Shown: positions 10,601-18,806 of the stretch, piece after piece | How the letters are laid out: each line of letters opens with the position of its first letter | How positions within the stretch are numbered: position 1 is the first letter of the stretch | Virus genome (UHGV): UHGV-1558314 | Origin: a virus | DNA length: 64,000 nt | Reading direction: 5' to 3' (one strand) | Position numbers and translations under genes: made by a program | The notes under the pieces: model-generated | What the model was told of the DNA's origin: nothing | Databases searched by the model: none | The model's input: the letters and a program-made list of their open reading frames with translations, nothing else

Positions 10601-10841
10601 CTTTTGACAATACACGTTTGCCTGTCTGTTCTTCAAATTGTGATTCTATACGGTCAAATTCATTGACCCAGCGTTCATGCATATCAGACAATGAGTGTTC
10701 ATACAGATTGTCTTTGTCATGATGCAAGTATTTTGACATGCATATGTCAGCAGCCATTGAGTCGCCTGTAAATTCATGTGTCAGTGTAGTGTGCACTTCA
10801 GCATATTCAGGCGACCCAATTTGAATAGGACGTTTTGTCAT
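7620..10841 (-). CDS. nrdJ: Class II (adenosylcobalamin-type) ribonucleotide reductase with mini-intein and C-terminal zinc ribbon
   Basis: Motif STNP-[insert]-CGEQPL reconstitutes the NPCGEQ active-site loop; C-terminal CPECGG...CVRCTNCGH; ORF-track start at 10901 is TTG inside the promoter, true ATG (MTKRPIQ) at 10839-10841. Confidence 0.9.
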   Translation of the reverse strand: MTKRPIQIGSPEYAEVHTTLTHEFTGDSMAADICMSKYLHHDKDNLYEHSLSDMHERWVNEFDRIESQFEEQTGKRVLSKERLAYLLEPFKRFVLGGSPMAGIGLGGYTSMSNCYVIGNDADSYGGIFKIDEEQVQLMKRRGGVGHDLSHIRPEGVEVHNSAVTTSGVVSFMERFSTSTKEVAQNGRRGALMLSLSIEHPDADKFIDAKKDLTKITCANISIKLTDAFMRAVLAEQQFEHVWRGSNGQELHKTSDAKALFDKIVDNVWASAEPGVFFWDRIMEESNSKAYGKMYEERSTNPCFTGDTKVLVADGSGLKTFKELADNGEDIPVYCLDANGKLVVRTMRRPRLTAHNAQIIQIVLDDGHVINCTANHEFRLANGDFKYAIDLATNDTLWAIDMPSADKLSIALKTDELVKTERNTVIKQCECCGKEFEISYDNREQSYCCEACAALGGCSKYADIDTTGDTIVKVVATRHMNKADVYNGTVEDFHNFFIAVNDKQVVNTLNCGEQPLAAYASCILSHRNLTAYVLNPWTADASFDFETFYKDTYDCAVIMDDLVQLEIEAVQRIIAKVQSDKEDFDIKKTELDLWHKVYDKLTNTRRYGMGFLALGDAMAMLGLRYGSQESIDFAVTMQQWLVKATYEASIDLAKIRGAFAIFDYDTDVQSKFVQRMLSEPIDDEHIKTYQQFGRRNINTTTIAPTGTTALMTQTTSGIEPVFMPLHKRRRKPTAVDNEADINFIDETTGDKFIEYAVVHYPLMQWICKRLQLGDGKFTLVKDTGIEWSEAEMSRIKAWLSNAPQAVIDELLVQSPYYKATTEDVDWIGKVKLQGALQKYIDSSISVTVNIPNSATKELVREIYMTAWKSGCKGCTIYRDGSRAGVLVKDDKQSKDKSHILQSGHRSKRKPVLPAAVYCVSVYKRKWCILVGCDDGRPYEIFAFELDKDEFDKLQGIEQTTITKTDKKHYKLGDNLSFLQHYDNISERLGSDEQQTITRLYSTMLRNGIDLGEIVDQTAKSFASVGTFCKAIGRALKLHIQDGSKMYAKCPECGGDMVKFDGCVRCTNCGHSACN
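9315..9938 (-). other. Mini-intein (about 208 aa) inserted at the RNR catalytic cysteine
   Basis: Starts CFTGDTKVL, block F-like VYNGTVEDFHNFFIAVN, ends ...VVNTLN followed by +1 Cys; Cys-rich insert KQCECCGKEFEISYDNREQSYCCEAC; no LAGLIDADG domain seen. Confidence 0.7.
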
Positions 10842-10882
10842 TGTAACAGTGCATTTAAGTGTTTTAACAGTTTTATGTATAA

Positions 10883-10911
10883 ATTGTACAACAATGGGCA
10901 AAATTTTGCAT
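10883..10911 (-). promoter_or_regulatory. Sigma70-like promoter (ATGCAA-N17-TACAAT) for RNR
   Basis: Plus attgtacaac at 10883-10892, ttgcat at 10906-10911. Confidence 0.5.
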
Positions 10912-10958
10912 CAACTCAAAACAGCCAAGCAATGAATTGCTTGGCTGTTTTGAGTTGA
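10911..10958. terminator. 48-bp perfect palindrome (22-bp stem, 4-nt loop); terminator or protein-binding site
   Basis: tcaactcaaaacagccaagcaa tgaa ttgcttggctgttttgagttga. Confidence 0.65.
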
Positions 10959-10969
10959 TGCGCACCTGC

Positions 10970-11128
10970 TATTTTACTTGAACAGCTTCTGCAAGAATGA
11001 AACTGCAATCTACTACATCATCTTCTTCGCATTTAGAATTGAAGTACTGCTGAGCATCCTTGGCATTGTCAAATGCTTCATACCATCGATGGTCAATGTA
11101 GTCTACTAATACAAGATAGTGTTTCATA
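10970..11128 (-). CDS. Hypothetical small protein (52 aa)
   Basis: Hand-translated MKHYLVLVDYIDHRWYEAFDNAKDAQQYFNSKCEEDDVVDAVFILAEAVQVK; below ORF-track size cutoff. Confidence 0.3.
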
Positions 11129-11149
11129 GTTAGTTGCAGTTAGTTGTAG

Positions 11150-11605
11150 TTATTGTGCTTTGCCAGTATAATAAGTGATTGCGTCAATGTAAGGCTGTTC
11201 TTTAGACATTAGCCAATCAATGCCAAATACTGTATCTTGGCGAAATCTTCGTTGTGCAATCATTTGAACTTCTATAGGCATATCTACGTCCTTGCCAAAT
11301 CTTATTGTATTTGCAAGTTCTGTGATTGCATATCTGAGAATTTTATCAGTGCTCATTGTTAATGTACTTTCCGGCAATTGCCAGTAGCGTTCTTGGAATG
11401 CTCGATTTGCTGAGTAAGTCCAAAGTTCAAGTCTTGCATTTCTGCAATCATATGAAACAATCAGACTTAATCCTTTTGTCCAGCAATGTGCTATCTTAAT
11501 GATAGGGTTGTTGTCATTGATTGATGACATTGCTTGCAGTTTTTCGAAATCTTTAACATATCTGTTATCATTCGAAAGCTGTTCCATTATTTCACCGTAA
11601 GTCAT
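11150..11605 (-). CDS. Hypothetical protein (151 aa), late-promoter class
   Basis: ORF track; AACCTCTACTACA immediately 5' of ATG. Confidence 0.6.
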   Translation of the reverse strand: MTYGEIMEQLSNDNRYVKDFEKLQAMSSINDNNPIIKIAHCWTKGLSLIVSYDCRNARLELWTYSANRAFQERYWQLPESTLTMSTDKILRYAITELANTIRFGKDVDMPIEVQMIAQRRFRQDTVFGIDWLMSKEQPYIDAITYYTGKAQ

Positions 11606-11780
11606 TGTAGTAGAGGTTAAAATATATTAATATATAATAATTATACTACAAAGTTGCCAGATTTGCACCAGAATGTATAACAAGTTCACACAAAATTACA
11701 AACAAAAACAAGCAGACTGCAATTACAGCCTGCTTGCACCAAAACAGAAAAAGATGATAACTTAACCCAAAAACCTAACT

Positions 11781-13322
11781 TTATCTACTTACAGAATCTC
11801 GCATTGAAATCATAACTTGCTCTTGAATTGACATAGGTATGATGTTGAAGTCTGACACTTCAGCAACGTCATCAACATCAAGTGCTCTTAATGTGTCTGT
11901 GTTACAGCAAGTCACTATGATTGACTTGCGAACATACTCATCAGCAACATTCCACAACAGCTGACAAATTGCTCGATTGTCAAGACAAATTTCATTGACT
12001 GTGCGGACAAGGCTGTACCATGCAGTCACATTATTGCGCTTCAGAGTTTCAAGCATATATCGTGCAAGCCCAAAACCTGCTACATATGACCCAGTCTGCT
12101 TATTGAATGACTCAATTGCGTATGCATCAAACAATGCTTCTGTCATCAAGGGCATTGCAGCGGTCATTCGGTAGTATCGATAGTCAACACATACAATCAA
12201 CCAGTTAACATATGAATTGACTGCGTATGCATGCGCTTTGAACCCAAGGTCATTCAAGATTTTGCAGATGGCATTGTAAGTCGATTCATCAGCATTGCCA
12301 AAGTTTGCAAGCAGCTTAACTTTAAGAATGTCTTCACCAATTGCATTTCTTGTAGCAGTGAATGATGGTATGCATGCAAAGCTTCTTTTGCAGATGTCTG
12401 TGATAAGTTGCTGTGCATCATTCACAAGCTGTCTTGCAGCCTCAGCACGCTTTTCAGACTGTGCTTGATATTTTGGCCGCAACTGTGATGAGCCAGTTGC
12501 AGCACCATATCGCATAGCAGCTTGCCAGTCCTTGAGATTATTTTGCAATTCACGAACATAGTCTGCAGCGACCATTGCAGATGGAGTTCTTTGCTGTTCG
12601 ATGAGTTTGTTGATGTTTGCAAGCACATCTGATGCAAACATATCTTTTGGTTTGACTTTCGCAATTTCAGCAAGCACTGCAGGTACACGAGCAATGCCAC
12701 GAGGCTCATTTGAAACTACTACTGCATAATCTACAAGTGCCTCACATACAAGCTGTTCATCGACAAAGTACTCAGGATTCTGCACAGCGTCTTCAACAAC
12801 TGCAATCAATGTTGCTATACGATTGCCGTCAGGCTTATTGCCAAACAGCTCAATGTACAACATATCTGCTTGTTGGTCTGTCATTGAACCTGCAATGTCA
12901 ATTGACTTTGCCAGCTTATTAAGCAGTTCAGCTTGCTTACTCGACAATCTGACTTTGTATGATGACTCTACAGCTTCTTTGACTGCTTTGAGTTTTCTAT
13001 CAATGTCAAGACTACTTTCATTGACATTCATACCAACAATGCCAGCAGCGTCAGTGTTAAATTGCTCAACAGTTTCTGCTGCAGTTATTGGCGATGACAC
13101 AATAGATTGTTTTGCATTTGCTGCAAGCTGATTGAGTCGAGTGACTGCTTCAGAATCTTGCGCAACTGCAAGATATCTTACGCACAGCTCATCAATCTGT
13201 GAAAGATAACTTTGGGTCATGTTTATCGAAAAATTGTTGTTTCTTGACGAATAGCTGTTGGATGCAATTTGCAGAAACACTTCGACATTTCTAAGTTCCG
13301 ATGATGACAACAATGTTTCCAT
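11781..13322 (-). CDS. Hypothetical protein (513 aa) with one VNE site; possible virion component
   Basis: ORF track; GMNVNESSLD motif. Confidence 0.7.
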   Translation of the reverse strand: METLLSSSELRNVEVFLQIASNSYSSRNNNFSINMTQSYLSQIDELCVRYLAVAQDSEAVTRLNQLAANAKQSIVSSPITAAETVEQFNTDAAGIVGMNVNESSLDIDRKLKAVKEAVESSYKVRLSSKQAELLNKLAKSIDIAGSMTDQQADMLYIELFGNKPDGNRIATLIAVVEDAVQNPEYFVDEQLVCEALVDYAVVVSNEPRGIARVPAVLAEIAKVKPKDMFASDVLANINKLIEQQRTPSAMVAADYVRELQNNLKDWQAAMRYGAATGSSQLRPKYQAQSEKRAEAARQLVNDAQQLITDICKRSFACIPSFTATRNAIGEDILKVKLLANFGNADESTYNAICKILNDLGFKAHAYAVNSYVNWLIVCVDYRYYRMTAAMPLMTEALFDAYAIESFNKQTGSYVAGFGLARYMLETLKRNNVTAWYSLVRTVNEICLDNRAICQLLWNVADEYVRKSIIVTCCNTDTLRALDVDDVAEVSDFNIIPMSIQEQVMISMRDSVSR

Positions 13323-13334
13323 GTGATATGTATT

Positions 13335-13850
13335 TTAGCCTGCAAACTCATTGATTTTTAGGTCATTTGTCGTAACTGCAAAGCAATCAATGTGCAGCCA
13401 TGTGACGTCTTTTTCTATACGACAACGATGCGGCAATTCATCTGCATGTTCTTTAATGAGCTTTCGCATTTCTGCAGCAGTCATATCTGCAGACTGACAA
13501 TCAATTGCTGCACCATTACAATGTGCACTCAAATAAAGCTTGTTTGCAAGTGTCTTGTCTTTTGGGATTTGACAGATATTGCATCGTAAGCCACGTTGAC
13601 TCATTGTGCCGCCTTTAGCCCAATTATTGACACATAACGGCACTTTCAGCACAAATTTGCGTAATGCAAGCAGCAAGTCAAGCAGTTCTCTGTCAAGAAA
13701 CTGCCAAGAATTATCGCCAAACTTGTCATAGCAATGTTTGCATACAAGTTCTTTTATGCTGAAATATTGCTTAAGCTCTGCAATGACAGAGTCTCTTGAA
13801 GCACTTGCAATATCTGCAATGTTAGCTATGCTGTTGTTGCTGTTGTTCAT
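13335..13850 (-). CDS. Peptidase M15-type endolysin (L-alanyl-D-glutamate peptidase-like)
   Basis: Zn-ligand motifs LSAHCNGAAIDC (SxHxxGxAxD) and TWLHIDC; start set at ATG 13848-13850, overlapping holin-like ORF by 29 nt. Confidence 0.7.
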   Translation of the reverse strand: MNNSNNSIANIADIASASRDSVIAELKQYFSIKELVCKHCYDKFGDNSWQFLDRELLDLLLALRKFVLKVPLCVNNWAKGGTMSQRGLRCNICQIPKDKTLANKLYLSAHCNGAAIDCQSADMTAAEMRKLIKEHADELPHRCRIEKDVTWLHIDCFAVTTNDLKINEFAG

Positions 13851-14133
13851 GTTGTCTATCAAGTTCTTTGCATTTGCACTCATTTCGTTCACCCATGACT
13901 TTTGTAATGCCCGCAGTTGCAAACATGCCTGCGACTGCGCCAATTATGCCTGCAACTGCGCCAAGTTGCTCAGTTGTTTTGCCAGTTGCTACGACTTCCC
14001 ATATGATAGCAAAACAAACAACGAGCAATATAAAGATGCCTATAAAAGTCACAGCTACAACAAAAAATGATTTGACTGACACACCAGTGTCATTCGTCAC
14101 TAAGTTGCGCATTGTAAATTTGTTGTTATTCAT
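13822..14133 (-). CDS. Holin-like small membrane protein (2 TM helices, charged C-terminus)
   Basis: FFVVAVTFIGIFILLVVCFAIIW and LGAVAGIIGAVAGMFATAGI hydrophobic segments; directly upstream of endolysin. Confidence 0.55.
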   Translation of the reverse strand: MNNNKFTMRNLVTNDTGVSVKSFFVVAVTFIGIFILLVVCFAIIWEVVATGKTTEQLGAVAGIIGAVAGMFATAGITKVMGERNECKCKELDRQHEQQQQQHS

Positions 14134-14146
14134 ATGGATGGCGAAC

Positions 14147-14173
14147 TGTACACATTGTACACATTGTACACAC
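14147..14173. repeat. Tandem 9-bp repeat TGTACACAT x3 (three -10-like TACAAT units on minus strand)
   Basis: tgtacacat tgtacacat tgtacacac, 14-40 nt upstream of holin-like start. Confidence 0.7.
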
Positions 14174-14234
14174 TTATATTGTATGTGTTTGTATATGTAT
14201 TTTAACAGGCATTAGCAAACAATACAAAAATGCA

Positions 14235-14276
14235 AAATGAAAGTGGCTCAGATGTATATCTGAGCCACTTTCATTT
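14235..14276 (-). terminator. Hairpin terminator (19-bp perfect stem)
   Basis: aaatgaaagtggctcagat gtat atctgagccactttcattt. Confidence 0.65.
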
Positions 14277-14293
14277 GTCATATGAGTTGTCTA

Positions 14294-15949
14294 TTATGCA
14301 AGCAATGTTTGCAGCATGTAGCAGCCTTTTGCATATGCGACAATTGCTTTTGCAGGATTGTTCTTGATGTATGCAGGCAACTTGAGCCAAATCAGTGCTA
14401 CAAGAACTTTCTGTCGCAGCGTTAAATCAAGTTCATCAATGTTGTAGCCAATGACTTTTGCTCTGACATCGCCATCAACATAATCGAATTGCTGATATGC
14501 TGACTGATTGAATGCATCATAGCCAGACAAGCCATATGCAAACTTTGCAATGTCATAATCGATGTCACCAGTCATCTTGACGTCACCAAAGTAGCCTCTT
14601 GGGTCAATGAACATGCATTTTGATGAATCTGCACTGAACATTGTATTTGACGTATTCGGGTCACCATGAATGAATGACCAATTTTCGCATGCATAGTCAA
14701 TTGAATCTTCTTGTGACAAGAAGAATCTTAACTTGCTCATCAGTTCATCGAATGGCATCAATGCAATACCATTGAATGATTTGATGCCTGCTACAAGTGA
14801 CTTGACTTCAGCATATCTTGCAATAGTAGTCTCAATGTACTCTTTGCGCATTGCGTCAATCATTTGCTGTCTGCTAACTGGCCAAATCTCGTCATTGTCA
14901 AGATTACTTGCATGCAATTCATTGATTGACTGTTTGAATGTTGTCATGCAGCCACGAGCAATTGCAGCATATCTACGCTCAATATCAACTTTGTTGAGGA
15001 ACTGATGTACAGTCACTCCGTTAATTTTCGACATTTTGATGAAGTCTTCACCAGTTTCAAATATCGATGGAATGACTGTCGATTCTGCATTCATAGCATG
15101 ACGATACCATTCTTGTTCTTTCTGAATGAGTGCCAAACCACGAGCATTTGTAGCAGATTTCGTAACAATATCGCCATCAATGCTAATGCTATTGAAATAC
15201 CGCACTTCATTATCACGTGCAGCCTTGACTGCTTCACTGACAAATGCTCCGCGTTCGCCATATGAATGACAGCCAGCAATTTCATATCTGTCTACAAATG
15301 TAACGTTGGTCATTAAATCAGCAAAATCAGCATTGTTATCATTATGCTGCATATCAATGACATTGTTATGAAACGCTGCAGGTACATAATATGCGCCAAC
15401 AATGCCACTATGATATGTAGACTCATACAAATGGTCGAGCACATATGCTTCTGCATCTGCATAAGACCCTACTTTGTAGAATGCATCAGTAGGAATGAGA
15501 TGCAGTCTGCAATCAATGTCATTTGACGTGCAACAAGTTATGCAGCCATTTTTGAATTCTGCAAACGGCAATTCAATATCGCCAAGCCACACATCAGACC
15601 AATGATAGAATACATTGCAATCACCAATGTTGTTAGCAACAAACATTGCTACATCTGCGCATGCTTTTGCTGAGCCATCAGCTTTGTCATGCACAATAGT
15701 TGATAACTTGATATCTGGTGCAAATGCTGCAGCATGTTCATGAATCATTGCTACATGAGTGTCATTTGCACATGCAACAATGACTTCATCAAACTGTCGA
15801 GCATAGGATGTCAAAATCTTTGCAAGCACTGTTTGTTTGCCTGCATTTACAAGAGTTTTAGGGATGTAATTGTTGCCGGTCATTGTTGACATGCGAGTGC
15901 CCAACCCACATGCAATGATTGCTAACACATTTGGATATTGATGAGACAT
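14294..15949 (-). CDS. Bifunctional sugar-phosphate nucleotidyltransferase / APH-family kinase
   Basis: N-terminal VLAIIACGLGTRMSTMTGNNYIPKTLVNAGKQ (NTP-transferase G-loop); C-terminal FIHGDPNTSN and CMFIDPRG (APH/choline-kinase Brenner motifs); ATG at 15947-15949. Confidence 0.8.
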   Translation of the reverse strand: MSHQYPNVLAIIACGLGTRMSTMTGNNYIPKTLVNAGKQTVLAKILTSYARQFDEVIVACANDTHVAMIHEHAAAFAPDIKLSTIVHDKADGSAKACADVAMFVANNIGDCNVFYHWSDVWLGDIELPFAEFKNGCITCCTSNDIDCRLHLIPTDAFYKVGSYADAEAYVLDHLYESTYHSGIVGAYYVPAAFHNNVIDMQHNDNNADFADLMTNVTFVDRYEIAGCHSYGERGAFVSEAVKAARDNEVRYFNSISIDGDIVTKSATNARGLALIQKEQEWYRHAMNAESTVIPSIFETGEDFIKMSKINGVTVHQFLNKVDIERRYAAIARGCMTTFKQSINELHASNLDNDEIWPVSRQQMIDAMRKEYIETTIARYAEVKSLVAGIKSFNGIALMPFDELMSKLRFFLSQEDSIDYACENWSFIHGDPNTSNTMFSADSSKCMFIDPRGYFGDVKMTGDIDYDIAKFAYGLSGYDAFNQSAYQQFDYVDGDVRAKVIGYNIDELDLTLRQKVLVALIWLKLPAYIKNNPAKAIVAYAKGCYMLQTLLA

Positions 15950-15971
15950 TGTGTAGTATTGTTTATATGAA

Positions 15972-16000
15972 TATTGTACAATATGCATTGCTATTTTGCA
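15972..16000 (-). promoter_or_regulatory. Sigma70-like promoter (TTGCAA-N17-TACAAT)
   Basis: Plus attgtacaat at 15972-15981, ttgcaa at 15995-16000. Confidence 0.55.
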
Positions 16001-16248
16001 AGATGACAATGCTTACGCCATACTGCAATTTCAACATCTGTAGCAAAATCAAAGTGCAAGCCATGCAATTGTTTCATGTCATATTGACGTCTTGCAATAT
16101 ACTTATTGCCAACTCGCTCAACAACAGAACCAATTTCTACTACATTTTTAGAATGTCGTGGCTCATGTAATGGCACTCTGAATATGTATCTGCCATCTAA
16201 TGTTGACATTATGTCACCATTGTCAATTATGCCTGTTTGCCTGCTCAT
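15991..16248 (-). CDS. Hypothetical small protein (85 aa)
   Basis: ORF track only. Confidence 0.4.
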   Translation of the reverse strand: MSRQTGIIDNGDIMSTLDGRYIFRVPLHEPRHSKNVVEIGSVVERVGNKYIARRQYDMKQLHGLHFDFATDVEIAVWRKHCHLAK

Positions 16249-16263
16249 TGTTAAAGCATCAAG

Positions 16264-16938
16264 TTATTTTTGAATGTCTACAAGTTCTGCTGCAATTCTA
16301 TCATATGCTAGCATGTGCTTAATTGCGTCATCAAGCAGCTTGTTAAATTCAAGATACTGCTGCAGCACTTTGTCATTCTGCAATGACTGCTCAAGCGCAG
16401 CATAATCACCTGCAAACGGGCGATTCATTGACAGGCCAAAGTTCTTCGCACATTTAGCATAAAATGCATTGTACTCTGCAGCATCAATTGGTGTCGCGTC
16501 ATGAGCTTTAAGCGCACTTTCACTGAGCAACGGGATGGTTTGCTTTCTGCAACGAGTAAACTCGTCTTTGTCAACATACAACACAGAACAACGAACGACA
16601 TTGTCTTCTGCATTCATACCACCTGTCAACAAATCCATTTCCCAATCGAAGCAAATGTTGTAGATGTACAGCATCACAGTTCGATGCTTGTTATCAACAA
16701 ACTTCCAATATCGAGACTTTTTGCAGATAGCTTTGATATGCTGCAAGTCATGCATAAACTTATCATGCGATATCGCATCAAAGCGAGGCAATGATTTGTT
16801 GTCAATGAATGTGTTTGCTGCATCTGCACAACGTTTGAATTCTGCTTGATGCATATTCAGCTCTTCTATGCGCTTTGCTACAAGCGCTTCATATTCTGCT
16901 TTTGCAAGAGCAAGTCTTGCTTCATACAAACTTTGCAT
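16264..16938 (-). CDS. Hypothetical protein (224 aa)
   Basis: ORF track; no motif. Confidence 0.6.
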   Translation of the reverse strand: MQSLYEARLALAKAEYEALVAKRIEELNMHQAEFKRCADAANTFIDNKSLPRFDAISHDKFMHDLQHIKAICKKSRYWKFVDNKHRTVMLYIYNICFDWEMDLLTGGMNAEDNVVRCSVLYVDKDEFTRCRKQTIPLLSESALKAHDATPIDAAEYNAFYAKCAKNFGLSMNRPFAGDYAALEQSLQNDKVLQQYLEFNKLLDDAIKHMLAYDRIAAELVDIQK

Positions 16939-16963
16939 ATTTGTGTATGTTTATGAGTTTCTG

Positions 16964-17420
16964 TTAAAATTTGCCATCTGCTACTTGAAAACATTGATAG
17001 CCAAGCTCTCGCCATTTAGCGACCATGGAATCGCGGTCTTCAAGCACAAATGCAATTTGTTGCAGTTCGTCTTCAGACAATGTTTCTACAAGCAATTCAG
17101 GTTTGACAAGCGTATCATGACGTTTATCACCATCTTTTCGCATAAGAATTTGCGGATTGACGATTCTGCCATCTGTATGCTGTGCAAGCCAAACTTCTGT
17201 CATCTGTCTGCAGCTTTCACGACGACCTGTGCAGAATATGATTCTGTAGCCAACTTGCTGCAAATCGCAAAGCAAGTCAAGCACAGTCATAATAGGCTTG
17301 TCTTCATAACAGTGTGCATAAAATGCATCCCCAATCTTTGTTTGATTGTTGAAGATATTTTAGACGGTCGCCAACTTTTGAAATTGTTCCGTCAATGTCG
17401 CATATGATGATATTTGCCAT
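16964..17420 (-). CDS. HAD-superfamily phosphatase interrupted by an apparent frameshift (two ORF fragments)
   Basis: N-fragment from ATG 17418-17420: MANIIICDIDGTISKVGDRLKYLQQSNKDWG... (DxDGT motif I); C-fragment 16964-17290 has IIFCTGRRE, RKDGDKR, EDRD; frames differ, shift localises to C4 run at 17329-17332. Confidence 0.6.
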
Positions 17421-17439
17421 GATATGTATGCTTATGAAA

Positions 17440-17463
17440 GGAAGAGCTCAATTGAGCTCTTCC
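17440..17463 (-). terminator. Palindromic hairpin ggaagagctcaattgagctcttcc
   Basis: 24-nt perfect palindrome downstream of gene 17495..18367. Confidence 0.5.
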
Positions 17464-17494
17464 TGATAGTCAACTTGATAAACCTCTACGAAAA

Positions 17495-18367
17495 TCAAGC
17501 CTGACTACTTTTGTTGATTACGAGATACTTGTATCGTTCTTTGATTGTGATGTTCTTTGATTTTGCTGCCTCGAGTTCTTTACGTTCCTTGGAGGAATAG
17601 TTGAACTTGATGTAGTCGGAGAACAATTCGGGCTTATCTGCTACTTCATTGTTCTTGACTTCTTTTACAAGAGTTTGCTGAAACTCATTGATTGTAGTGA
17701 AACCAAGGAATGACTGGAACTTGTTAAGCGGAAACAACTTATCTGTGTTGTCCTCGAATGTCGGGAATTCGTCGGAATACGTAATTTCGATTTGGTCTAC
17801 GAAATATCTAAGTTTTTCCCAAGGTTCCTTGCCAATGAGGAGAATGTTCTGATGGTCAAGTTTTTCCTCGAACATTTCCAGGAGGCATTCGTATGATTTT
17901 ACGAGACGAACTCCAGGATATGTAATTGATGCAATTGAACGAGGTTTGTGAGTTGTCTTGACTTCTTTATTGTACGTTTCCTCATCAATGCAATAGATGT
18001 ATCGCTTGACCTTGTCGTATTCTTTCGGAAGATAGTTGTTGTCAAGGAATTGCTTGTCAACTACAATGAAACTGAAAGGATAGAGTTCATTGAATCGTTG
18101 ACGAAGCTGTTCTGTTGCAAGGAAGAAATGCGAGCCATCTTTTGCTGCAAATTCCATATTTGAATTGCATCCTGCATATGCAATGTATCTGTTTCGCTTC
18201 CATTTAAGGAATCGACTTACCAGATTCTTTTCGAAGATATCCTTGTATTTGAAGTTAGTGTCCCAGTACTCCTTAACAATTCCATCTTGCATTTTTCTTG
18301 ACAATTTTGAATTGTCTACCGGCCTATCAGTAAAAACTGAAGGTTTGTTTGCATTGTATAATCCCAT
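17495..18367 (-). CDS. Hypothetical Lys-rich protein (290 aa), late-promoter class
   Basis: ATG at 18365-18367 (MGLYNANKPSVF) preceded by AACCTCTACTACA; ORF-track N-terminal extension crosses the promoter. Confidence 0.7.
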   Translation of the reverse strand: MGLYNANKPSVFTDRPVDNSKLSRKMQDGIVKEYWDTNFKYKDIFEKNLVSRFLKWKRNRYIAYAGCNSNMEFAAKDGSHFFLATEQLRQRFNELYPFSFIVVDKQFLDNNYLPKEYDKVKRYIYCIDEETYNKEVKTTHKPRSIASITYPGVRLVKSYECLLEMFEEKLDHQNILLIGKEPWEKLRYFVDQIEITYSDEFPTFEDNTDKLFPLNKFQSFLGFTTINEFQQTLVKEVKNNEVADKPELFSDYIKFNYSSKERKELEAAKSKNITIKERYKYLVINKSSQA

Positions 18368-18461
18368 TGTAGTAGAGGTTTTTGTTAAATTTATTATATA
18401 TGTATATATTACAACGACAGTGCAAAATTTGCACTGTCGTAGCATAAAAGTTTACACATTT

Positions 18462-18806
18462 TTACAAATATGAGTACAGTTTGTTCATAACTCGTTCAAT
18501 TGCAAATTCAACACCATATTGCAACAACTGTTCAGTGCTAAATGTCTTTGCTGCATGTGCATGCGCAACAATATGCTTTGTCTGTGCATATAATATCCAA
18601 GTATCAGTTGGCCTGTCATAAGTTACTGTCAGTCTACATGTTTGCAACACAAACTCTTGACTAAAGTATTCTCTTCGCCAAAACTCTGGTTCTGCAATAT
18701 GCAAATCAAGCCAAGCAAACTCAAACAGAATTTGTTTAAGTTGACGTTGATGCTTACGTTCAGCACGATATGAGTTGCTGAATAGCCATTTAATGATGTT
18801 CATCAT
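18462..18806 (-). CDS. Hypothetical protein (about 114 aa)
   Basis: ATGA start/stop overlap with upstream SIS gene. Confidence 0.5.
   Translation of the reverse strand: MMNIIKWLFSNSYRAERKHQRQLKQILFEFAWLDLHIAEPEFWRREYFSQEFVLQTCRLTVTYDRPTDTWILYAQTKHIVAHAHAAKTFSTEQLLQYGVEFAIERVMNKLYSYL

Noticed and set aside
7842-10901. ORF-track N-terminal extensions starting at TTG (e.g. RNR from 10901, polymerase from 57725, gene from 16009)
   Set aside because: The extensions run through the conserved promoter motif; the first in-frame ATG downstream of the promoter was used instead
16868-17407. Plus-strand ORF of 179 aa
   Set aside because: Antisense to the HAD phosphatase fragments and crosses a hairpin terminator; no motif
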